This document shows, piece by piece, positions 41,172 through 51,436 of a stretch of 64,000 nucleotides of DNA. Each line of letters opens with the position of its first letter. The stretch's first letter is position 1. The translations under genes were made by a program, and so were the position numbers. This DNA is from Phycisphaerales bacterium (GTDB lineage Bacteria > Planctomycetota > Phycisphaerae > WQYP01): contig DAIDJN010000058.1 in the NCBI GenBank assembly GCA_027451365.1, forward strand, positions 105,485 through 169,484. The letters are read 5' to 3'. A model generated the notes under the pieces. That model saw only the letters and a program-made list of their open reading frames with translations, searched no databases and had not been told where the DNA came from.

Positions 41172-41768
41172 GTGGTGAATATTGGTGACAAACCTCAGGC
41201 GGATTTTTCCCAGCCTATCGAATTAATGATGGACTGCCACCGTCGGATAGAACGATTCCTGATCAGCCTTGCGAAAGTTTCCCGGACCAGCAGTGCGGCT
41301 TCGCTGGATGACCCGCACCGGGAAGCCCTGCGCACGGCGCTGGATTATTTCACCCAGGCTGGCCCACGGCACAATCAGGATGAGGAAGCGTCGTTATTTC
41401 CCGCATTAAAAGAATTGCATCATTCGGAAATACAGGCGGCTGTCACGAAGATTGCGGAGCTCGCCGGTGAGCATCGCCAGGCGGAGCAGATTCATAAGCG
41501 AATTGATGATCTTGGCCGCCAGTGGCTTGCGAAAGGGCGCATCGGGCCGGATGAATTGCATGAGTTCGGTGGACTGGTGGATCAGCTTATTAAACTGTAC
41601 GAGCCTCATATTGCCATGGAAGAGCGGGAGATTTTTCCACTGGCCGCCCGGATGCTTGCCCCGCAAGCAATTGCCGAAATTGGTGAACAGATGCGCCTGC
41701 GACGGATTGTCAATCCGGGGCGCGAAGGCAGCGCGTGTTCCAAGCGCCGGAAAAGCGGCCGATTTTAA
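41172..41768 (+). CDS. Hemerythrin (HHE) domain protein
   Basis: CHRRIERF, HNQDEEASLFP, EHRQAE, HIAMEEREIFP. Confidence 0.9.
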   Translation: MVNIGDKPQADFSQPIELMMDCHRRIERFLISLAKVSRTSSAASLDDPHREALRTALDYFTQAGPRHNQDEEASLFPALKELHHSEIQAAVTKIAELAGEHRQAEQIHKRIDDLGRQWLAKGRIGPDELHEFGGLVDQLIKLYEPHIAMEEREIFPLAARMLAPQAIAEIGEQMRLRRIVNPGREGSACSKRRKSGRF

Positions 41769-42111
41769 GTGCGCGACGGATGGCTTGTGCCCAATGCCGA
41801 TCGGCATGTTCTTTTGTCCCCGAAGGCTGCTGCGGTGCCCCGACCGCAACCCACCGATAAAATATTGGAATCAAGAAGGACGACAGAATTGTTACCCGGC
41901 CTGGCTAATGTTAAGAAAAATGGATCGCTTGGAATGTACGATATATTTTCCGGGGGCGCAACGACATTTGTTTTAATCGGACTATTTGCCCATGGTCAAA
42001 AGGCCAGTCAAAAAATTGCGCAGGCGAGGCCATGGCTTTACGTTTTGAAAAACGGCCCGGTATTGACAGTTGATTAAAAAAAACACTGCGTCAAAAGGTT
42101 GGAGTGTCAGT

Positions 42112-42462
42112 ATGCAAAATCATATGGAAAATAAAACTCAGGACGCCGGGTGGCCGCACGGAGTTGCGGGCCTTGCGGAACTGATCAGCGTGCAGGCGGG
42201 GTCTGTTGTTAGCCGCGTGCTGCTGAAGCGAAAAACTGGCAATGTCACGCTGTTTGCGTTCGACGGTGGGCAGGAACTCAGCGAGCATACGGCCCCCTTT
42301 GACGCTTTGATTCAGGTGGTGGAGGGCGAAGCAGAAGTCAGAATTGATGGGCAGCCCCACCGTGTGTGTGTGGGCGAACTTATCCTTCTTCCCGCGGGCC
42401 ACCCGCACGCAGTTCGGGCAGTTCGAGGAATGAAGATGCTGCTAACAATGGTCCGCGAGTAG
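42112..42462 (+). CDS. Cupin domain protein
   Basis: VTLFAFDGGQELSEHTAPFDA, VVEGEA, LPAGHPHAV. Confidence 0.9.
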   Translation: MQNHMENKTQDAGWPHGVAGLAELISVQAGSVVSRVLLKRKTGNVTLFAFDGGQELSEHTAPFDALIQVVEGEAEVRIDGQPHRVCVGELILLPAGHPHAVRAVRGMKMLLTMVRE

Positions 42463-42574
42463 TGGGTCAAAGCAATCCGGCATTCCTGCGGGAATCAGAC
42501 GCATGTACATGTGTGGAAATAGTGCTTTTTGTCTTCAAGCCGATAGCTTTTCAGAGATTGAACGCGCTGGCGAT

Positions 42575-43111
42575 CTATTCCGGATAAGTCACAATGGGTG
42601 GGCGGCCGCGCCGTCGTTTTACCCTCGCAAAATTGGTTATTTCGTGCGGTGGTGCATTGGCCGAACTCATAATGTGGCGGACTGGTATGCCCATGGCAAC
42701 TTCGGCATCTGCAATCATTCGCCGATGGCAGCGCCACCACACCGCTTCGGCGCACATCACGCATGTTCGTTCGGTTTTGCGCCACCGGTTTAGTTCTGCA
42801 AGGCCCGCCTGAAATTCCGGCGTTTGCATGTAGTCGCCGTAACCGCGAAAACTGGCATTGCGCCAGCCGGTGTTAATAGACTGCTTGATCGAATGGCGCA
42901 ACCCGCCTAATGCGGATAGATGAATGTATTGAATGCCTGCCGAGGCCAGGGCGGATTTCATGTGGTTTTTGGAGAACTGGGGAACATTGCGCGACTGCGG
43001 AATGGTTCGCACATCGACCAGTATCTGAATTTTCCAGGTTTCTAACAAATTGACAAAATCTGACCATGGCCGGGTTGAATGTCCAACAGTGAAAAGAATT
43101 CTTTGGCCCAT
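42575..43111 (-). CDS. DUF488 family protein
   Basis: FTVGHSTR, LVDVRTIPQSR, LGGLR, MCAEAVWWRCHRRMIAD. Confidence 0.92.
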   Translation of the reverse strand: MGQRILFTVGHSTRPWSDFVNLLETWKIQILVDVRTIPQSRNVPQFSKNHMKSALASAGIQYIHLSALGGLRHSIKQSINTGWRNASFRGYGDYMQTPEFQAGLAELNRWRKTERTCVMCAEAVWWRCHRRMIADAEVAMGIPVRHIMSSANAPPHEITNFARVKRRRGRPPIVTYPE

Positions 43112-43182
43112 GATGGGGGCCTCCTTTCAGTTGGTTCGGCCGACAAACACTTAATGGCCAGGGCGGAAAGTGCGCCTGGCCG

Positions 43183-43581
43183 TTACGCCGGCGTATGCCC
43201 GAGACACACAGTCAGCAACACAAGGGCGGGGTGGGGGGCCTTGAGATCGTGTGGCACGCCGGGCGGCAGCATCAGCATCTGGCCGCTGGTAAGCGTGGTG
43301 GTGCTTTCCGCGGTCTTAACTGAAATTGTGCCTTCCAATACGTGGATGATGACGGCGGCATCGGCGGTATGCTTTTCCAATCCACCGTCAGAGTTGAACT
43401 GAAACAGCGCCACCGTCAGGCTTCCGTGGTGATACAGTGCCACCTGCCTGTGACCGTGCGTCAGGCGGACTGGCTCATGACGCAGGCGTTCGACGGCTTC
43501 ATTAAGATCAACATGATGAATCAGGCCGGCGAATCGCTGGTCCGGATGTTCGCGTAATCTTGATTCCGATGGTGTGGACAT
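43183..43581 (-). CDS. Cupin domain protein
   Basis: LEKHTADAAVIIHVLEG, LPPGVPHDL. Confidence 0.85.
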   Translation of the reverse strand: MSTPSESRLREHPDQRFAGLIHHVDLNEAVERLRHEPVRLTHGHRQVALYHHGSLTVALFQFNSDGGLEKHTADAAVIIHVLEGTISVKTAESTTTLTSGQMLMLPPGVPHDLKAPHPALVLLTVCLGHTPA

Positions 43582-43919
43582 AAAAGAATTCCTTTATGCT
43601 GGTTTTGCCCCAAATTACATGACCAGGTTATTGTAGGTGTTGACCGGTTGAACATCAAAGAATGCTGCGCTAAAAATAGGGGGAGAGGACGCAAGGAAAT
43701 TCCTCATTTGACCAGATACAGCATGTATATTTTGTCTAAGAGATTTGTAAGGTGAGCACAATATATGCTCAATCACCACTTTGCATCGCCGATGAAGCCG
43801 GCTGTCACGCTTAGGCCTCCACAGATTGCGATGCATGAGCACTTCAATCGCACTCCGCTGGGACTATCCTGATCGGCTGCTCGATTTGCGGCCCCCTTGC
43901 TTCGGCGGGTCGACTAAAA

Positions 43920-43990
43920 CTGGGGGACTAGGATTCGAACCTAGACAAACAGATTCAGAGTCTGCTGTGCTACCGTTACACCATCCCCCA
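43920..43990 (-). tRNA. tRNA-Gln(CTG)
   Basis: Minus strand TGGGGGA...GCAGA-CTCTGAA-TCTGT...GGTTCGAATCC...TCCCCCAG. Confidence 0.96.
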
Positions 43991-44290
43991 AGGAGTGGCA
44001 ACTTTTTACGATTTTAATCAACTTTTGTCTCACCCACAAGCCGCCATTTTCGATGCGGGTCTGCCGATTTTCTGGGGGAGGGTCAAAATGGGTGGAGGGG
44101 GCAGGCCGCAATCGGGACGGTTTCGGAAAAAAATAGGAAGACCGCGTGCAGGTCTGGAGACCTAATCTGCAATTTGTCGACCGAGGTGCTGGAATATCAA
44201 TTGGCGGACGCGTTGCCCCCAAACGCGGCGGTTCCGGCTGGCACTTGTTGGAACGGGCAGGCTGCGGCTATATTAGTGACTTGGAAAATC

Positions 44291-44374
44291 GCCCGGGTGG
44301 CGAAATTGGCAGACGCGCCAGCTTGAGGTGCTGGTGGGCGCAAGCTCTTGCAGGTTCGAATCCTGTCCCGGGCA
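44291..44374 (+). tRNA. tRNA-Leu(GAG)
   Basis: GCCCGGG/CCCGGGC acceptor, CCAGC-TTGAGGT-GCTGG anticodon arm, long variable arm, GGTTCGAATCC. Confidence 0.96.
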
Positions 44375-44560
44375 ATGATAATTTCGTAATTATCGGCGAC
44401 AGTTATTAATACCGGCGCGATCGATGCGAGAATCAGGGGGAAATCGGTTGCTTAAGCCGCCTTCAGCGGGATTTAAGAGTTATGAGGGGAACGGTTAAGC
44501 CCTTGTTTGCCCGTATGTTCCACTTTCCGGTCGATAATCGGCCACGGAATTCTTAAATTT

Positions 44561-45097
44561 ATGGCCAAGGCAATGCACCACAATACAGGCGGCGGGGGGG
44601 GCAAAGGCAAGAAGGTGCCGGCCGCAGCGGCGGAGGCTCGGCAGATCAAGCTTTCTCCGCGAATTGAAAACCGCCGCGCCCATCATGATTATCACGTCCT
44701 CGAAAAATGGGAAGCCGGGATTTCTCTTGTGGGCAGCGAAGTAAAAAGCGTGCGACTTGGCCGGGTTCAATTGGCTGGCTCGTTTGCGATTTTGCGCGAC
44801 GGCAAAATAACGCTGATGGGCTGCCATATCGAAGAATATGAGCAGGCCAATCAATTTAATCACGATCCGACTCGCAATCGCAGTTTGCTCCTGCATCGGA
44901 GGGAAATTCTGCGCATTTCGCATCATATGGCCAAACAGCCGGGAACCACTTTGATTCCGCTGGCAATCTATTTTCAGCGCGGCTATGCCAAGGTGCTGCT
45001 GGCGCTGGCAATCGGCAAAGCGCAGTTCGACAAACGGCAGGACATTAAAAAGCGCGATGCCCAGCGAGCCATGGACCGGGCTATCCGCCGCCGCTGA
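44561..45097 (+). CDS. smpB: SsrA-binding protein SmpB
   Basis: NRRAHHDY, EAGISLVGSEVKS, RSLLLHRREI, GKAQFDKR. Confidence 0.97.
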   Translation: MAKAMHHNTGGGGGKGKKVPAAAAEARQIKLSPRIENRRAHHDYHVLEKWEAGISLVGSEVKSVRLGRVQLAGSFAILRDGKITLMGCHIEEYEQANQFNHDPTRNRSLLLHRREILRISHHMAKQPGTTLIPLAIYFQRGYAKVLLALAIGKAQFDKRQDIKKRDAQRAMDRAIRRR

Positions 45098-45141
45098 TTT
45101 CGAGCGGTCTTTCCGGGCCGTCGCATCGTCCCTCCGGGCGT

Positions 45142-46149
45142 TCACAAGAGACGCGGATTGGTGCAGAAATTTACTATTGGGCGACAGGTTTGCTGTTGCT
45201 GCTGCACCTGTTCGTCCAGCATTCCCAGGGCGTATTGGCCGCTGATATTTCCATTTAGAACCGGCACATCCAGCGGAAGCACGCGTTCACCAACCAGCCG
45301 GTTGGAAACTTCTGCCAGTTCTTCGGTATTCACTTCAACTTTCATCGTTTCTTTGGCGTTGCTGCGGTATACACCCCGGTGGGGAGGCACATCGCGGTAG
45401 TGGCGACCGACCGCTATCTTAACAAAATTTTCTCCGGTGGCGCAGCCGTTGGTGGGGTCAAAACCGATCCAGCCGATCGAGGGAAAGAAAACCTCAACCC
45501 ACGCATGGGTTTGTGATGCACCACGGTAGCCGCGGTGGCCGGCGTAAATAAACCCGCTTACATAGCGTGCCGGCACGCCCAGCTTTCGGAGCAGGGCAAT
45601 CATCAGATGCGTAAAGTCCTGGCAGACTCCGCCCCCATGTTTCAACACGTCGGCAATAGTAGACGTTGCGGTGGTGATGCCTTGTTCATAGCGAAAGTCG
45701 CGGCCGATCATGCCGACAATTCCCAGGACAAGTTCATGCAGGGGCGAACCACGCTCAGGCGTCATTTTTTTGGTCAGGGCTTCGAGTTCCCCGCAATCGG
45801 CTACCGGGTCCTGTAGTTGCAGAAAATCAAAAAGAGTGTAATCCAAGCCGGATTCCAGCGGCCAGCGGTCTGTAACTGCGGGCAGTTCAATGGTTCGCCG
45901 GGCGGTATCCACCACGCTGACAGCGATAATCTTAATACGGCGGTGCAGGCCGTTAATCGAAAATGTATGTACTGTGTTGCCCAGCCAGTCGAAATAGTTG
46001 CGAATCTGCGATGGCGGCCCTACGCTCAAGTCAAACGATAGCCGGTGCTGGCGCTGTTCCTGGCGGGGTGCCATGCGCAATTCCATAACGGTTTCGGCAA
46101 TCAAACCGGAGTATTCGAGTTCAGTTACATGGGTCGTTTTCAGAAGCAT
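45142..46149 (-). CDS. Transglutaminase-like protein with bacterial N-terminal domain
   Basis: Triad GVCQDFTH, THAWVEV, GFDPTN; VGRHYRDVPP; N-terminal YFDWLGN. Confidence 0.93.
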   Translation of the reverse strand: MLLKTTHVTELEYSGLIAETVMELRMAPRQEQRQHRLSFDLSVGPPSQIRNYFDWLGNTVHTFSINGLHRRIKIIAVSVVDTARRTIELPAVTDRWPLESGLDYTLFDFLQLQDPVADCGELEALTKKMTPERGSPLHELVLGIVGMIGRDFRYEQGITTATSTIADVLKHGGGVCQDFTHLMIALLRKLGVPARYVSGFIYAGHRGYRGASQTHAWVEVFFPSIGWIGFDPTNGCATGENFVKIAVGRHYRDVPPHRGVYRSNAKETMKVEVNTEELAEVSNRLVGERVLPLDVPVLNGNISGQYALGMLDEQVQQQQQTCRPIVNFCTNPRLL

Positions 46150-46153
46150 TGTG

Positions 46154-47248
46154 TCACCTTATGGCAAGGACCGGAGATCCATTGGATGTCGCCGGGGAAG
46201 AATTCGGCGGGCTTCCCGGTCGCATGAGCCATTGTTCCTGCACCGCAATAGCCGCCTGAGAGGCACCGGCGCGAATTTCCTCTATGAAGGTCAGCAGGTC
46301 GTCATGCGGGCGCGGCAGAATCTGAGAATATTGCAGGTCCGCGTATAGCCGGCCCAGAATGCGCTGGGCTTCACGACCGGTATCAGCCACCAGCATGGTG
46401 CGGATCTGGTCCACAGATTCCAGGGCGGCGCGCACGCAGAAATGCACGCTGCGGGGAATGGCGGCTTCAAAAATAATGAAGGTGGCCACGCGGGTCGGGT
46501 CCACTTCGCCAAGGTTGGCGCGGCGGTAGGCTTCAATGCAGCAGCAGGTCCGCAGAACCGCCATCCAATGAATGACCCGCAGCGGTTCTTCCATCGATCC
46601 GTCCACGCGGGCCAGTGTGGAGCATTTGGCCGCAAGTATGCGGCAGGTAATATCCACGCGTTCGAGGTAGCGGGCCAGGCCGATGAACAGCCATGCCTGG
46701 CCATGTTCCATGGTCTGGTCGGTCAGGCCCTGAAACAACAGCGACCCGGTCATGACATGCCGGAGAATCTCCTGGGGTGAATCGTTGAGTCTGGCATCGG
46801 TTTCCGGTGAAAGCATCATCCAATAAAGTGTGTTGATATGTTCCCACATTTCATTGGAAATCTGTTCGCGAATGCCGCGGGCGTTTTCGCGGGCCTTGGT
46901 GACACAGTTAATAAGACTGCCCGGGTTCTGGCGGTCCATTACCATATAACGTGTGATAGCGGTCACGATTTTTTCAGGCGGGCTGCCGGGCGTGGCCAGT
47001 TCATTAAGCATGTATTCGCACTGCGTGATGCGCAGCACATCGCCCGCGACCTGGCGGGCGAATTCCTCATCCACGCCGCCGGCCCCGGTCAATACATCAT
47101 TGCTGACCAGCAGAATTCGGGCGATCTGTTCGGCCCGTTCAATATAGCGTCCCATCCAGTAGCCGGAGTCGGCCACCCGGGCCAGCAGGGCCCGTCCGAT
47201 CGCGGGTCGGCTGTCACCGGGACCTCTGCGGAAATTCTCGACGTGCAT
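46154..47248 (-). CDS. Alpha-E domain protein (DUF403)
   Basis: LARVADSGYWMGRYIERAE, ARENARGIREQIS, ARYLERVD, PRSVHFC. Confidence 0.92.
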   Translation of the reverse strand: MHVENFRRGPGDSRPAIGRALLARVADSGYWMGRYIERAEQIARILLVSNDVLTGAGGVDEEFARQVAGDVLRITQCEYMLNELATPGSPPEKIVTAITRYMVMDRQNPGSLINCVTKARENARGIREQISNEMWEHINTLYWMMLSPETDARLNDSPQEILRHVMTGSLLFQGLTDQTMEHGQAWLFIGLARYLERVDITCRILAAKCSTLARVDGSMEEPLRVIHWMAVLRTCCCIEAYRRANLGEVDPTRVATFIIFEAAIPRSVHFCVRAALESVDQIRTMLVADTGREAQRILGRLYADLQYSQILPRPHDDLLTFIEEIRAGASQAAIAVQEQWLMRPGSPPNSSPATSNGSPVLAIR

Positions 47249-47250
47249 GG

Positions 47251-48684
47251 TCAATTCTCCTCTAAAACCCAGGTGTCTTTGCTGCCGCCGCCCTGGGAGC
47301 TGTTCACCACAAGGCTGCCCTTTTTCAGAGCCACGCGCGTCAGGCCGCCGGGCATAATGACGGTTTTCTGGCCGCAAAGGATATAGGGGCGCAGGTCTAT
47401 ACGGCGTCCTTCAAAGCGCGAATCGACCAGGCTGGGGTGCTGGCTTAACTGAATCACCGGCTGGGCGATAAAATTTCGCGGATCATGGCGGATTTTATCG
47501 GCGAATTCCGCCCGCTCTTGCGCGGTGGCCTGGTGGCCCATCAGCATGCCGTAGCCGCCGGCTTCGTTGGTGGATTTCACGACCAGTTCATGCAGGTGTT
47601 CCAGTACATATTGACAGTCGTTTGGACGTGCGCAAATATATGTGTGGACATTTTTAAGAAGAGGTTCTTCCTTCAGATAAAAACGGATCATGTCCGGCAG
47701 GAACGGATACACGGCTTTGTCATCACACACGCCTGTGCCGACCGAATTTGCCAGACCTATATTTCCCAGGCGATAGGCATTCATAAGCCCCGGAACGCCC
47801 AGCATGCTGTCTGGCCGGAAGCAGAGCGGGTCCAGGAAGTCGTCATCTACGCGGCGGTAAATGACATCCACCCGTTTTAGGCCGGCGGTGGTGCGCATAT
47901 AGACATAATTCTGCTCCACCAGCAGATCGCGGCCTTCCACCAGTTCCAGGCCCATCTGCCGGGCCAGAAAACTGTGTTCGTAATAGGCGGAATTAAATAC
48001 GCCCGGCGTGAGGACAACCACATTGGGGTTGTCGTTCTGATGCGGAGCCAGGTATTTAAGGCTCTGAAGAAGATTGTGCGGATAATCCTCTATTGCCCGG
48101 ACATGGGCACTTTCAAACAGGACCGGGAAAACGCGCTTCATAATGGCGCGGTTTTCCAGAACGTAAGAAACGCCGCTGGGTGTGCGGCAATTGTCCTCCA
48201 GCACCAGATATTCACCGGCTTTGTCACGAATAAGGTCCGTGCCGCAAATGGTGATATACAGCCCTTTGGGAACATCGACCCCCATCATTTCGCGGCGGAA
48301 CATTTTGGCGCCGTAAATCAGATCTGGCTCGATAATGTTTTCCCGCAGAATGCGCTGCTGGTGGTAAATATCGTGGCAGAACATGTTCAGTGCGGTAATG
48401 CGCTGCACGAGGCCTTTTTCAATAGTGGCCCATTCCGCCGCTGGAATAATGCGCGGCATCAGATCAAAGGGGAAGATTTTCTCCACCCCCTGGGCGTCTT
48501 TGTAGACAGTAAAGGTGATGCCCTGGTTACGAAAGCAGAGGTCCGCCATTTTGCGGCGCTGTTGAAGCGAATTTTCGCCTAGAGCGTTGATGCGGTGAAG
48601 CAAAGCAGCATAATGCGGCCGTGTCTTGCCTGGGCTTTCGAACATCTCGTCGAAAAGCCCGTCCAGTTGATATTCCTCAAACAT
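47251..48684 (-). CDS. Circularly permuted type 2 ATP-grasp protein (DUF404/407)
   Basis: [60 protein letters not shown]. Confidence 0.95.
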   Translation of the reverse strand: MFEEYQLDGLFDEMFESPGKTRPHYAALLHRINALGENSLQQRRKMADLCFRNQGITFTVYKDAQGVEKIFPFDLMPRIIPAAEWATIEKGLVQRITALNMFCHDIYHQQRILRENIIEPDLIYGAKMFRREMMGVDVPKGLYITICGTDLIRDKAGEYLVLEDNCRTPSGVSYVLENRAIMKRVFPVLFESAHVRAIEDYPHNLLQSLKYLAPHQNDNPNVVVLTPGVFNSAYYEHSFLARQMGLELVEGRDLLVEQNYVYMRTTAGLKRVDVIYRRVDDDFLDPLCFRPDSMLGVPGLMNAYRLGNIGLANSVGTGVCDDKAVYPFLPDMIRFYLKEEPLLKNVHTYICARPNDCQYVLEHLHELVVKSTNEAGGYGMLMGHQATAQERAEFADKIRHDPRNFIAQPVIQLSQHPSLVDSRFEGRRIDLRPYILCGQKTVIMPGGLTRVALKKGSLVVNSSQGGGSKDTWVLEEN

Positions 48685-49014
48685 AGGAAGCCAGTCCTGC
48701 AAAATCGCATACCAGCCTCCGCCGCTGGAGATTATGCGCTATTGCAGGTGGTTTATGCAAGTTGAAGATCGACCGCATGCGATTAGATTCAAGACAACAC
48801 CCATGTTCGCGAATATAAGCCGCATAAATAGGCGACTGCGCAAAAAGTGGCTTATTTTTATTTAACCTGCGCGTCATATAAGCGGACGCCTTTTCCGGGC
48901 GATGCCGCCCGGGTGTCGCTCCTATGTTTGGTCGTTACGTTTAGGCACGGGCAGACCGGCGGAATTCAGAATACTCCTGCATTGATTTGTCGCCATGCGG
49001 AATGTCGGCGTATT

Positions 49015-50235
49015 TCAGGTGGGTTCCGCAAGTTGTCGCAAAACTTGAATGCCCGCCTCAATTTTTGCATCGCTGGTCGCATAACTGATGCGGAAATGCG
49101 AATCGCGGCTGCTGAACACATTGCCGGGAATGATCAACAGATTTTTTTCCACCGCGCGCCGCGAGAATTCAGTTCCCGTTTCTTTTCCCGGAACTTTGGG
49201 AAACAAATAGAACGCCCCGTCGGGAGCGTTGATATCGAACCGGTCGGAAAGGGCCGCAACCATTCGGTCGCGTTTTCTGCGGTATGCGTCAATGTGCGCG
49301 GACATGTCCACACCGCCGTTGTGCAGCAGTTCCAGGGCGCTGTATTGCGCCGGCGAAGGCGCGCAGACAAACGTGTATTGCTGGAGTTTGCTCATTTGTT
49401 CAATAAGTGCGGCGGGCCCGGCCGCGTAGCCAAGTCGCCAGCCGGTCATGGCATAAGTTTTAGAATAGCCTTTAAGCAAAATACACTGGTCCGGCAGGAG
49501 TGATGCAATGCTTTCATGTTTTTGATAGCAGAAGGCATCATAAATTTCGTCGCTCAACACCAGCAGGTTATGGCGCCGGGCTATGTCCGCTGCGGCGCGC
49601 AGTTCGGATGCTGTCAGCGCGATGCCTGTGGGATTATTCGGCGAACAGAGTACCAGCATTTTGGTGCGTGGCGTAATTGCGGCCTCCAGCCGTTCCGGAT
49701 GCAGGCGAAAATCCGGATAACTGTCCACGGCAACCGGGACAGCGCCAATCAGCCGCGGCAAATGCTTGTACATCACAAAATATGGATCAAGAAAAAGGAC
49801 TTCATCGCCCGGATCCAAAGCGGCAAACATAGCCAGCATAATGCCGCCCGACGTTCCGGAAAGCACCAGCACGCCAGGGTCTTGCCAGCCGGTGGTTGAA
49901 AGAACTTGCTGTTTAATAAGGCTGACAAGTTCGCCGATTCCCTGGGTGGGCGTATAGCGATTTTTGCCAGCGCGAATGGCGGCAATGGCTTTTTCCTTTA
50001 TTTGATCCGGGACGTCAAAATCCGGCTGGCCGATGGAAAAATTAATCGGGTCAGTGAGTTTGGCTGCCAGATCAAACACCCGGCGAATGCCCGATGCATC
50101 GACTGCCTGTGCCCGCTGGGAAATGGCATTATGCGCATTAAAAGGCTTGGTCGGAACCCCGGAGGCGGTCCATGAAGCCGTTACCGGGTGCCGGGAATCG
50201 GGTGTCGCGGGGGGCGGAGAATCGTGCGTGGGCAT
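49015..50235 (-). CDS. PLP-dependent aminotransferase class I/II
   Basis: SIGQPDF, SPNNPTG, SDEIY, GYSKTYAMTGWRLGY. Confidence 0.93.
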   Translation of the reverse strand: MPTHDSPPPATPDSRHPVTASWTASGVPTKPFNAHNAISQRAQAVDASGIRRVFDLAAKLTDPINFSIGQPDFDVPDQIKEKAIAAIRAGKNRYTPTQGIGELVSLIKQQVLSTTGWQDPGVLVLSGTSGGIMLAMFAALDPGDEVLFLDPYFVMYKHLPRLIGAVPVAVDSYPDFRLHPERLEAAITPRTKMLVLCSPNNPTGIALTASELRAAADIARRHNLLVLSDEIYDAFCYQKHESIASLLPDQCILLKGYSKTYAMTGWRLGYAAGPAALIEQMSKLQQYTFVCAPSPAQYSALELLHNGGVDMSAHIDAYRRKRDRMVAALSDRFDINAPDGAFYLFPKVPGKETGTEFSRRAVEKNLLIIPGNVFSSRDSHFRISYATSDAKIEAGIQVLRQLAEPT

Positions 50236-50356
50236 TGTAAGGAGGCCTTTCCATATAGTCTTTAATGTGTCGTTAACATCCGGCCTCGGTGCCGCTTTGG
50301 CGACCCGCCTGCGGCCGGAACAGTATTGTACCCTGATATTCCATTGAGGGGCAGAT

Positions 50357-51319
50357 TCATGTTTCGCGGCAAAGGGTGAACAGACATACCTCCGGCGGGC
50401 AGCGCAAGCGAATAGGAATCGTAGAGCCAATCCCGCGGCTTACATATAGAGTTTGAACGCCCGCAACCGGATGTGAAAAATGATAGGTGCCACCAATCCA
50501 TTCCCGATGTTCCACCGGGACAAACAGTGGGCCGAATCCGGGTACCACCACCTGTCCGCCATGGGTATGGCCGCTGAGCATCCAATGCCATGGATAATCG
50601 CGCAGAATCGTCAGTCCATCCGGATTGTGCTGAAGACAGATGCACGGTTCGCCCGGTATGACACCGGAAAATGCGGCCGCCGGGTCGGCATTGCCGGTCC
50701 AGAGTTCATCCATGCCGACGATCCAAATTCTGCCATTGCCACGACGAATTGCCACATTGCGGTTGCAGAGCAAATTGACACCTTTGTCGCGCAAAAGCGT
50801 GCGAAGCCGCTTGTGAATTGCGCGGTGGCTGGAGCGCTTCCCCACATGCCGCCAGGAATATTCATGATAATCATGGTTACCGAAACAGGCCTGCACGCCA
50901 TCAGGCGCGGACAGCAGTGGCAGCAATTCAGCGAGGGCGGTCAGTCCGGCGGGAAGGTAATCCATCAGATCCCCGGTGATTAAAATAAGATCGGGTCTGT
51001 TCTGCATGGCGGCGTTTAGAACACGCTTCAGGTAACTTTGACGCGTGGCACCGGCGTGCAGGTCGGTCAGGTGCAGAATTTTATACCCTTCCAATTCGCG
51101 TGGAAGGCGGCCGAGTGGCATGACTCGTTTTTCTAGTGTCCAGCGGTAGGGTGCAATCAGCCTCGGCCATAGCATTGCGGTAAGGCCAATATGTCCAAGA
51201 CGTTTGATCCAAGGTCCGATTATGTCGTGGCTGAAAATAAAGCGCTCAAAAGGGCGGTTGCGCAAAGCGTGCCGGGTATCAAACTGTGGCGTGTAGCGCT
51301 TTCGGTGGCGACGCATCAT
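50357..51319 (-). CDS. Metallophosphoesterase (YkuE-like)
   Basis: TDLH, TGD, GNHD, HNPD, SGHTHGGQ, VSRGIG. Start uncertain. Confidence 0.9.
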   Translation of the reverse strand: MMRRHRKRYTPQFDTRHALRNRPFERFIFSHDIIGPWIKRLGHIGLTAMLWPRLIAPYRWTLEKRVMPLGRLPRELEGYKILHLTDLHAGATRQSYLKRVLNAAMQNRPDLILITGDLMDYLPAGLTALAELLPLLSAPDGVQACFGNHDYHEYSWRHVGKRSSHRAIHKRLRTLLRDKGVNLLCNRNVAIRRGNGRIWIVGMDELWTGNADPAAAFSGVIPGEPCICLQHNPDGLTILRDYPWHWMLSGHTHGGQVVVPGFGPLFVPVEHREWIGGTYHFSHPVAGVQTLYVSRGIGSTIPIRLRCPPEVCLFTLCRET

Positions 51320-51369
51320 AAAAAAGAAGTTTGGCGTGGGGGCTGACGTTTGGCAATAGCGGTGGTCAA

Positions 51370-51428
51370 TTGACACTCAATCTCAACTAGCGTATAAAAT
51401 TAAGATTGTATTGAGACTCATTCTCAAT
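51370..51428 (+). promoter_or_regulatory. Sigma70 promoter with two Fur-like boxes upstream of FTR1
   Basis: TTGACA(51370)-N17-TATAAA(51393); palindrome ATTGAGACTCATTCTCAAT (51410-51428) and related TTGACACTCAATCTCAA over the -35. Confidence 0.8.
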
Positions 51429-51436
51429 TATAGGAG

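Noticed and set aside
40708..41178. 156-aa ORF between hypF and hemerythrin
   Set aside because: No RBS or motifs; overlaps the probable divergent promoter region.
23840..43990. Hydrogenase block as an integrative element at tRNA-Gln
   Set aside because: No integrase and no duplicated tRNA 3' end found by eye, so mobility is unsupported.
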